Assembly: GCA_964515115.1 (NCBI GenBank)
Contig: CAZESB010000001.1
Coordinates: forward strand, 48,292-112,291
Direction: 5' to 3'
From: an uncultured Pseudomonadales bacterium
Lineage (GTDB): Bacteria; Patescibacteriota; Microgenomatia; UBA1400; PJMF01
Length of the DNA stretch: 64,000 bases
In this document: one piece after another, positions 57,528-64,000 of the stretch
How positions within the stretch are numbered: position 1 is the stretch's first letter
Layout of the letters: each line of letters begins with the position of its first letter
The notes under the pieces: model-generated
Seen by the model: the letters and a program-made list of their open reading frames with translations, nothing else
Databases searched by the model: none
Told to the model about the DNA's origin: nothing
Program-made: the position numbers and the translations under genes

Positions 57528-58262
57528 ATGCCAAAAACACCATTAACCATCGGTTATTCAACTGGCTGTTATTTTCCTCACGAAACCAATCTGGCCATTG
57601 CTCTCGAAAAAATTCTGGAGTTTGAAAATGAAGCGGTGGAATTAAACCTGGCCACCCTCGAGGATGTGGCTGCTCTTGATGAACAAATTGTGGCCTTGGC
57701 CGGGGAATTTCAACAAGTTTCTATTCACGCGCCGATGATCAATTACCGCTATACTGAGAAGAGTAGAGGACTGCTCGAAAAACTCAAGGAATTTTCCCGG
57801 AAGGTAAATTCCCGCTACGTACTTTTCCATCCTGATATTGTTGATGATTTTCAGCTGATCAGGCAAAAGCTTGGCAGCCTGGCGGCTTTTGAAAATATGG
57901 ACCGCCGGAAAGATTTTGGAGCTAATGTTCAAGATTTGGCGGCAGTTTTTGAAAAATGTCCAGATTCACAGTGGGTTTGCGACCTCAATCATGTTTTTAC
58001 CATCGATAAAACTATGAAACTCTCAAAAGAGCTGCATCAGGCTTTTTCATCCAGATTGGGAGGCTATCATATCAGTGGCTATCAGGATGAAAAAACGCTG
58101 CACACTTGTTTTTTTCTAACTCATGAAACTGAAATTCTTGACGCGATTGAGGATTATTCTAAACTGATGATTCATGAAGGCGGTGCGCCTGCCGCCTATC
58201 ATCCTGATTTTATTGCCAAAGAAGACGGCTATATCCGTGATTATTTTTATTCCATCGACTGA
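57528..58262 (+). CDS. Xylose-isomerase-like TIM-barrel protein (sugar phosphate isomerase/epimerase or Nfo-like fold)
   Basis: SIHAP, VLFHPD, AFENMD, CDLNHVF parallel the HA/HxG/ENxxG/D.CH metal-site blocks seen in the nfo gene of this window. Confidence 0.5.
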   Translation: MPKTPLTIGYSTGCYFPHETNLAIALEKILEFENEAVELNLATLEDVAALDEQIVALAGEFQQVSIHAPMINYRYTEKSRGLLEKLKEFSRKVNSRYVLFHPDIVDDFQLIRQKLGSLAAFENMDRRKDFGANVQDLAAVFEKCPDSQWVCDLNHVFTIDKTMKLSKELHQAFSSRLGGYHISGYQDEKTLHTCFFLTHETEILDAIEDYSKLMIHEGGAPAAYHPDFIAKEDGYIRDYFYSID

Positions 58263-58296
58263 AGGTGAAGTAGCACTTCTTTCGAATTTTTCTCTA

Positions 58297-58911
58297 TCAC
58301 AATCGATTTTCCCTCGCTTTAATCAACTCCTCAGCAATCTTTTTCGCCTCCTCATGCCTGAACCTAGGCAGTCGCAACTTATAAATGCTGTGCTGCATAA
58401 AGCGCTTTTCGTCTGCTGGCGAAAGAGTGGGAGTAACCCGCTCAACGTCAAGCATGCCCAGGGTGTCGGCTTCCATCAGTAGTAGCTCATCCTCATCTTT
58501 CAGCTCACGGACTTGGTCGTGAACCGCCACCAGATGAACAATCCGCCATTTCTGCCGGTCAGTAAAGTAATTATTGAGGCGCTGATAAAGCAGCTGCTCG
58601 ATTTTCTCGGCTCCGCGCTGCATGTGCAGTTTTTTTCTGTCGATAATATTGTTGAGCCAGCGCGAATCAGCATCCGCAAACAAACCAGCGTAACCCCAGT
58701 CATGAGCGTAGGCCGCGGTAATTAAGACTGCCGGATCCAGATCGGGGCTGTCAAACCCATCAAGGTTATCAAGCCTGGCAAGCAGCTCTTTCAGCCAATA
58801 AACTACCGCTTCAGTGTGGGGTTTATCATAATCTTTACGCCCCTGATTAGCCAAATCTTTGAGAATAATTTGCCGCAGCAACTGCTCAGCCTTGGGTTTT
58901 ATTTGTTTCAC
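58297..58911 (-). CDS. HD-domain phosphohydrolase
   Basis: H...HTEAV and AAYAHDWGY (HD dyad), later His/Asp; GTG start. Confidence 0.55.
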   Translation of the reverse strand: MKQIKPKAEQLLRQIILKDLANQGRKDYDKPHTEAVVYWLKELLARLDNLDGFDSPDLDPAVLITAAYAHDWGYAGLFADADSRWLNNIIDRKKLHMQRGAEKIEQLLYQRLNNYFTDRQKWRIVHLVAVHDQVRELKDEDELLLMEADTLGMLDVERVTPTLSPADEKRFMQHSIYKLRLPRFRHEEAKKIAEELIKARENRL

Positions 58912-58918
58912 TAAATAG

Positions 58919-58951
58919 TAGTATAACCCATTGTTCGGTTAGGTTATACTA
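58919..58951. repeat. Perfect 10-bp inverted repeat TAGTATAACC-N13-GGTTATACTA between the HD gene and glyA
   Basis: Read directly from sequence. Confidence 0.5.
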
Positions 58952-59089
58952 AGCCCATCATGATTAAAGCTAGCTTGCGATGGCAAAGCCATTATTCCAC
59001 TTCCTGATTTTTTTCTGCCTGAATAAAGCCGCGCCAGAGCGGTTAAAGTTTTAAGTTTAATTTGAATTTATAATCAGCAAAGGAGAAGC

Positions 59090-60406
59090 ATGAAAAAAGA
59101 TCAAGTTTTTGCCATTATTAAAAAAGAAGAGCAGCGCCAGCGGGAAATGATTGGGCTGATTCCTTCCGAGAACCATATTTCCCCCGAAGTATCCAGCGTT
59201 TTAAGCAGCGTGCTTTCCAGTAAGTATGCCGAAGGTTATCCGGGTCGCCGCTACTACGAAGGCAACCAATTTGTCGACGAAATTGAGAATTTGGCCCGCG
59301 ATAGAGTAAAAAAATTGTTCAATGTGCCGTATGTCAATGTTCAACCTTATTCCGGTTCTCCGGCTAATAGTGCTATTTATTTTGCTCTGCTTGAACCTGG
59401 AGATACTATTCTTGGTCTGAAGTTGGCGATGGGAGGGCATCTGACTCATGGGCATCCTCAGGTGACTTTTTCCGGCCGCTATTACCAAGCTGTACAGTAC
59501 GGGGTAGATAAGCATGCTAGAGTGGATTTTGCCGAGGTTCGCCGCCTGGCTAAGCAGCATCAGCCGAAGATTATTGTAGCCGGCAACACTGCTTATCCGT
59601 TTGAGCTGGATTTCAAAAAGTTCCGCGAGATTGCCGATGAAGTTGGTGCTTGGTTGATGGCGGATATTTCGCATATTACCGGTTTGGTGGTGGCAGGGGA
59701 GCATCTCTCACCCGTGCCTTATGCCGACGTGATTATGACCACCACTCACAAAACTTTTCGCGGACCGCGGGGTGCCATGATCATGGCTACTGAGAGAGGC
59801 ATGAAACGCGACTCCAAACTGGGGCAAAAAATAGACGCCGCCATTATTCCCGGGTTGCAAGGCGGACCGCATAATGCCACTACAGCTGGTATTGCTGTGG
59901 CAGCGGCAGAGGCGATGCGGCCAGAATTTATAACCTATGGCAAGCAGGTACGCCGAAATGCCACCGCTTTAGCCGAGCGCTTGATGAGTCACGGCTTGCA
60001 GTTGGTGGGCGGTGGCACCGAAACTCACTTGATGGTGGTAGACTTGACCAATTATGGTGATGGTTTTGGCACCCAAGTGGCTTACGCTCTGGACGTAGCC
60101 GGTATGTACGCTAACCGCAACACTGTGCCTCACGAGCCTTGCTCGCCGTTTTATCCTTCGGGCTTGAGGTTGGGCACTCCACTGGTTACCACCAGAGGCA
60201 TGAAAGAAAAAGAAATGGTGCAGATTGCTGACTGGATTTATGCAGTTGTTGAGCAGATTAAAGATGAGCAGTTGCCTGCAGATAAAAAAGAATGGGGCAA
60301 GTTTATCAAAGACTTTAAAGCCCGGGCTGGTAAAAACAAAGCTTTGCTGAAAATCCGGCAAGAGGTGAAAATGATGGCGGAGAAGTATCCGCTTTTTACT
60401 TGGTAA
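59090..60406 (+). CDS. glyA: Serine hydroxymethyltransferase
   Basis: IGLIPSENHISPEV, PLP lysine region TTTHKTFRGPRG. Confidence 0.9.
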   Translation: MKKDQVFAIIKKEEQRQREMIGLIPSENHISPEVSSVLSSVLSSKYAEGYPGRRYYEGNQFVDEIENLARDRVKKLFNVPYVNVQPYSGSPANSAIYFALLEPGDTILGLKLAMGGHLTHGHPQVTFSGRYYQAVQYGVDKHARVDFAEVRRLAKQHQPKIIVAGNTAYPFELDFKKFREIADEVGAWLMADISHITGLVVAGEHLSPVPYADVIMTTTHKTFRGPRGAMIMATERGMKRDSKLGQKIDAAIIPGLQGGPHNATTAGIAVAAAEAMRPEFITYGKQVRRNATALAERLMSHGLQLVGGGTETHLMVVDLTNYGDGFGTQVAYALDVAGMYANRNTVPHEPCSPFYPSGLRLGTPLVTTRGMKEKEMVQIADWIYAVVEQIKDEQLPADKKEWGKFIKDFKARAGKNKALLKIRQEVKMMAEKYPLFTW

Positions 60407-60441
60407 GCTTGTATCGGTAGAGGAAGCGAAAGGTTAAGAGC

Positions 60442-61326
60442 ATGTTAAAAAGAAAAATTGGCGCCCATGTTTCCACTGCCGGTGGTTATTACAAGGCGGC
60501 AGAGCGGGCAGCGACAATTGGCGCCAACTGTGCGCAAATTTTTTCCAGCAGCCCACGGGTTTGGAATGGCGCCTGGGAGCAGAAGCTGGATTTGGCTAAA
60601 TATCGGGAAGAAATAGAAAAATACGGTATCGAGCCGGTTTTTACTCACGCGCTTTATTTGGTGAATTTGGCTTCAGCCAATCCGGTTCAAGTGGAAAAAT
60701 CTGTGGCCGCCCTGAAACAGGAGCTGGGTTTTGATAGCGCTATCAGTGGTGGCGGCGTGATTGTCCATCTTGGTAGCCACCTCGGCAAAGGTTGGACAGC
60801 GGTGCGAGAACAAGTCGCCCAGGCAATTAAGGCAATTTTGGCTGATACCCCTAAGAACTCAACTTTTTTGATAGAAAACTCGGCCGGACAGAACGGTAAA
60901 GTCTGCAGCGATCTGACTGAAATCCGCTGGCTGCTTGATCAAATCAATTCCTCGAGACTGGGTTGGTGTGTTGATACTTGTCACGCTTTCGCGGCTGGTT
61001 TTGAGCTTGGCGTTAAGAAAAGTGGGGTAGGGCACCAAAAATTTTCCGCTTGTTCGGGCAATTTAGTTGAAGCCATTAGCGACCTTAATCTTTGGGAAAC
61101 TCTCCAGTGTGTCCACGTCAATGATAGCAAGGGTGATTTCGGTTCTGGTATAGACAGACACGAAAATTTGCTGGAGGGAAAAATTCCCGCTGAAGATTTC
61201 CAATACTTGCTCAATCACCCCAAAATCAAAAATCTGCCTTTAATCTTAGAAGTACCCGGCCTCAAAGGGGAAGGACCGGATGCGGAAAACATCTCCCGCC
61301 TCAAGGACTTGGTTAGGGAAAATTAG
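60442..61326 (+). CDS. nfo: Endonuclease IV
   Basis: IGAHVSTAGG start, metal-site blocks HALYLVNLAS, IVHLGSH, LIENSAGQ, CVDTCHAF, VHVNDSK. Confidence 0.85.
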   Translation: MLKRKIGAHVSTAGGYYKAAERAATIGANCAQIFSSSPRVWNGAWEQKLDLAKYREEIEKYGIEPVFTHALYLVNLASANPVQVEKSVAALKQELGFDSAISGGGVIVHLGSHLGKGWTAVREQVAQAIKAILADTPKNSTFLIENSAGQNGKVCSDLTEIRWLLDQINSSRLGWCVDTCHAFAAGFELGVKKSGVGHQKFSACSGNLVEAISDLNLWETLQCVHVNDSKGDFGSGIDRHENLLEGKIPAEDFQYLLNHPKIKNLPLILEVPGLKGEGPDAENISRLKDLVREN

Positions 61327-61352
61327 CAACCTCTAGTACAATACATAACCTG

Positions 61353-62276
61353 ATGCATATTTTTGACGGCCGAACCACAGCTATGCGTTTGGAAACCGCC
61401 CTGCAAAAACGGGTGGAAAAACTGCGCTCTGAAAACAAAAAAATCAAGGTCGCCGCTGTCCTTTTCCATGAAGATGTTGGTAGCCGTTTTTATTCTGAAT
61501 ACAAGCGCCTAGCCGCCGAGAGAGTTGGTATCGCTTATGAATTGCATGCTTTTTCGATTGCCACGCCCATAGCTGTGGTCATGGCCACTATTGAAAATCT
61601 CAACCAAGACCAGACTGTGACAGGGATAATTATTCAAAAACCTACAGGCAGAATTTGGCGGCAGCACAATCCGCAACCACAATACTCTTATGGTGAGTGG
61701 TGGGAAAGGCTCTACCAAGCAGTGGATTTTAACAAAGACGTGGACGGCCTTCATCCCACCACCATGGCTGCCATTGAAAATGGTACTTGGCAGGAGGAGG
61801 GTAGAGTACTGCCAGCTACCGTTCGGGCGGTTCAAAAAGTGATGCAAAGTCCTGAATTTCAGGCCATCACTAATGAAAACAGCCAATACTTGATTATTGG
61901 CAAGTCGGATCTTCTGGGCAAGCCGCTTTATCACCTGCTCAAACACCAGGGGAGAGCAGTGGAGATGATCGGCAAAAAAGGTTTTGCTGCTAGGATGAAA
62001 TCAGGCCAAAAACTTACAGATGCTGATGTGATTATTACCGCCACCGGGCGGGAATACTTGGTCACCGGAGAGATGATTAAAAAAGGAGCGGCGCTAATTG
62101 ATGTCGGTGAACCGCGGCCAGACCTGGATCAAAAAAGCCTGGCGGAAAAAGCCGCTTTTATTACGCCAGTGCCAGGCGGTGTGGGGCCGCTAACAGTAGT
62201 GAGTTTGTTGGAAAACGCGGTGGCGCTCTATCAATTATGTTATAATACACCTCTGAATACTAAGTATTGCGGATGA
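61353..62276 (+). CDS. folD: Methylenetetrahydrofolate dehydrogenase/cyclohydrolase FolD (with about 15-aa loop insertion)
   Basis: FYSEYKRLAAERVGI (YxxxK catalytic Lys), KDVDGLHP, ITPVPGGVGPLTV. Confidence 0.75.
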   Translation: MHIFDGRTTAMRLETALQKRVEKLRSENKKIKVAAVLFHEDVGSRFYSEYKRLAAERVGIAYELHAFSIATPIAVVMATIENLNQDQTVTGIIIQKPTGRIWRQHNPQPQYSYGEWWERLYQAVDFNKDVDGLHPTTMAAIENGTWQEEGRVLPATVRAVQKVMQSPEFQAITNENSQYLIIGKSDLLGKPLYHLLKHQGRAVEMIGKKGFAARMKSGQKLTDADVIITATGREYLVTGEMIKKGAALIDVGEPRPDLDQKSLAEKAAFITPVPGGVGPLTVVSLLENAVALYQLCYNTPLNTKYCG

Positions 62277-62360
62277 TGCGGACAACAGTCCTGACTTTTC
62301 CCTCCATTCGCACGCTGCTCTCCGGATAAAATAAACCGGTTAGCAGGAAATAAGGACAAT

Positions 62361-63101
62361 ATGAAAGGTGTCATCACCTCAACTTTATTGAAAAATCTGG
62401 ATTTGCCAGACAAAGCTCCTGAATATGACTTGAGAGAATTGCTCGATTATGGCATGCATTTTGGTCATCAGAAAGCCAAATGGTTCCCCAAAATGGCAGA
62501 GTGGATTTACATAGAAAAAGATGGGGTTCACATTTTTGACCTCGAGAAAACGGCTGCTCAACTGCAACTGGCCTACAATTATTTTTACCATCTGGGCAGA
62601 ACCGGCAAAACCGTCATTATGGTTGGCACCAAGCGCCAGGCTTCACCAACCATTGAAGAAGTGGCCGAGGCAAACAAGATGATGCATATTACCGCTCGCT
62701 GGCTGGGTGGTTTCTTGACTAATTGGGAGCAGGTGCAGCAGTCCCTCAACAAGATGCTCAAATTGGAAAAAGGCTTGAGCGAAGGCACCTATAGCAAGTA
62801 CACTAAGTATGAGCAAGTGCAGTTGGAAAAAGAGCTGAATAGATTGAGGCGATTTTTTGCCGGGGTCAAGGAGCTTAAGGGCAAGCCAGATGCTTTGTTT
62901 GTCGTTGATCCAAAGCGCGAAAAAATTGCTGTCAGCGAGGCTCAAGCTATGGGCGTGCCGGTGGTGGCGATTGTCGATTCTAATACTGATCCAACCGGCA
63001 TTGATCTGGTGATCCCGGCCAATGACGACGCTTTGAAAAGCATTAAATTTGTGGTGGAGCAACTGGCAGCAGCTTACTCGGCGGGTAAAAATAAGCAATA
63101 A
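62361..63101 (+). CDS. rpsB: 30S ribosomal protein S2
   Basis: LLDYGMHFGHQKAKWFPKM S2 signature. Confidence 0.9.
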   Translation: MKGVITSTLLKNLDLPDKAPEYDLRELLDYGMHFGHQKAKWFPKMAEWIYIEKDGVHIFDLEKTAAQLQLAYNYFYHLGRTGKTVIMVGTKRQASPTIEEVAEANKMMHITARWLGGFLTNWEQVQQSLNKMLKLEKGLSEGTYSKYTKYEQVQLEKELNRLRRFFAGVKELKGKPDALFVVDPKREKIAVSEAQAMGVPVVAIVDSNTDPTGIDLVIPANDDALKSIKFVVEQLAAAYSAGKNKQ

Positions 63102-63132
63102 AAGTAACTGGAAAAATCAAAGGAAAACTAAA

Positions 63133-63594
63133 ATGGCAACTTACACAATCAAAGAAATCAAGCAACTGCGCGAAGAAACCGGCGCGGGGATGATGGATTG
63201 CAAAAAAGCTCTTGAGGAAGCTAACGGCAATTATGCCAAGGCCAAGGAGATCGTTCGCCAAAAAGGTCTGGCTAGGGCAGAGAAGAAGGCTGATCGGGTG
63301 GCCGCGGAAGGCTATATTGCCAGCTATGTCCACGGTAACAACCAAGTGGCAGCGCTGGTGGAAATCCTCTGCGAAACCGATTTTGTAGCTCGCAACAGTG
63401 ATTTTCAGGCTATGGCCAAAGATGTGGCCATGCAAGTGGTGGCCATGAATCCAGCGAATATTGAGGAGCTAATGGGGCAGGATTTTATCAAGGATCCTGC
63501 TATTACGGTGGAAACTGTGGTTAAGGAAACCAGCGGCAAGATTGGTGAAAAATTTGTGGTTAACCGGTTTGTGAGGTATGAGGTGGGAGAGTAG
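63133..63594 (+). CDS. tsf: Elongation factor Ts, short (about 153 aa) form
   Basis: UBA-like start IKEIKQLREETGAGMMDCKKALEEANGN, core LCETDFVARN. Confidence 0.8.
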   Translation: MATYTIKEIKQLREETGAGMMDCKKALEEANGNYAKAKEIVRQKGLARAEKKADRVAAEGYIASYVHGNNQVAALVEILCETDFVARNSDFQAMAKDVAMQVVAMNPANIEELMGQDFIKDPAITVETVVKETSGKIGEKFVVNRFVRYEVGE

Positions 63595-63610
63595 GGTAAA
63601 AAAAGGAGCT

Positions 63611-63823
63611 ATGACAGACAGGGAAAAAGAAAGAGGCAGACCACTTACACCTAAAGAGAGAGCTCAACTTGGGATTGTGCGTCAAGTTACTGAACTTACA
63701 CTGGTAAATGCATATAATGATGATCAGGGGTCGAATTCGGATCAAGTTATGATAGCCTTAAGAACTCTTAGGGTTCTCCCTAAACCTCAAAGAGCTAATG
63801 AGGAAGATCTATCCTTACATTAA
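63611..63823 (+). CDS. Small basic hypothetical protein (70 aa)
   Basis: AAGGAG RBS 7 nt before ATG 63611; no domain. Confidence 0.35.
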   Translation: MTDREKERGRPLTPKERAQLGIVRQVTELTLVNAYNDDQGSNSDQVMIALRTLRVLPKPQRANEEDLSLH

Positions 63824-63870
63824 TTGAGATTCTCTACGAAACTGATTTTGAAAGTTAGAATAAAATTTAT

Positions 63871-64000
63871 CTGTTTTCAAATTATCAACATCGCGTCCCC
63901 AAATGAGTAAAATCTGTATTCATTTTCGATAGCTTGAGCATAAGCTTGGCCCACAGTCGAGGTCTGAAAATCCTCAAACTTGTGTGGGGTATTTGGCGCC
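63871..64000 (-). CDS. Partial CDS: C-terminal end of a minus-strand ORF entering from the right edge (...QAYAQAIENEYRFYSFGDAMLII*)
   Basis: Open reverse frame from the window edge to a TGA stop near 63871; function unknown. Confidence 0.2.

Noticed and set aside
1-64000. CRISPR arrays, rRNA genes, IS elements or integrases
   Set aside because: No regularly spaced direct repeats were seen. No transposase, integrase or recombinase-like ORFs and no rRNA-like segments were found. The RecD-like helicase at 32204 alone does not define a mobile element.

Overview
This 64 kb window looks like a very compact, gene-dense bacterial chromosome segment, about 90% coding, with moderate GC. It carries about 80 mostly small ORFs, two tRNAs (Ala-CGC, Leu-CAA) and no rRNA, CRISPR array or transposase. 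Many neighbouring genes overlap or abut by a few bases (fmt/def, mreB/mreC, mreD/mrdA, lspA/rluD, rluD/gpt-like, NAT-like/hydrolase). Several housekeeping proteins are shortened (EF-Ts about 157 aa) and there are many small disordered, Q/E/K-rich proteins. That pattern is typical of reduced genomes such as CPR/Patescibacteria (Saccharibacteria-like), but this is an inference. TGA is a normal stop here (for example at the cysS end), so this is not a UGA-recoding lineage.

Recognisable housekeeping content:
- Protein maturation: def-fmt.
- Ribosomal and translation genes: rpmB, rpsF-ssb-rpsR, rpmE-prfA (an RF1-type factor), rpsB-tsf, hisS, cysS.
- Cell-shape cluster: mreB-mreC-mreD-mrdA, with murF convergent downstream.
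- DNA metabolism: dprA-topA, recR, dnaB.
- A near-complete dTMP locus: thyA, dcd, a DHFR-family gene, dut, one unknown gene, tmk.
- purA, a gpt-like PRTase, glyA-nfo-folD.
- Envelope and proteases: lgt-lspA-rluD, ctp and htrA, and a Wzy-like O-antigen-ligase/TPR fusion.
- A VapBC toxin-antitoxin pair.

Most interesting candidates:
- A strongly promoted operon (perfect TTGACA-17-TATAAT, about 190 nt leader) encodes a fusion protein with an arylamine-N-acetyltransferase-like Cys-His-Asp catalytic core and a degenerate Nudix-like C-terminus. It is translationally coupled to an alpha/beta hydrolase. A xylose-isomerase-like TIM-barrel protein follows and an HD phosphohydrolase sits convergent downstream. 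A PRTase is immediately upstream. No described system matches this combination.
- The ribosome hibernation factor gene, preceded by a leader hairpin plus T-run, is followed by five consecutive Q-rich, coiled-coil or acidic low-complexity proteins. A paralogous small protein lies on the far side of cysS. This may be a dormancy or hydrophilin-like module.
- A divergent PP2C-like protein with an unknown N-domain.
- An unknown 344-aa protein embedded in the thymidylate operon.
- Several regulatory hairpins and repeats in intergenic regions.
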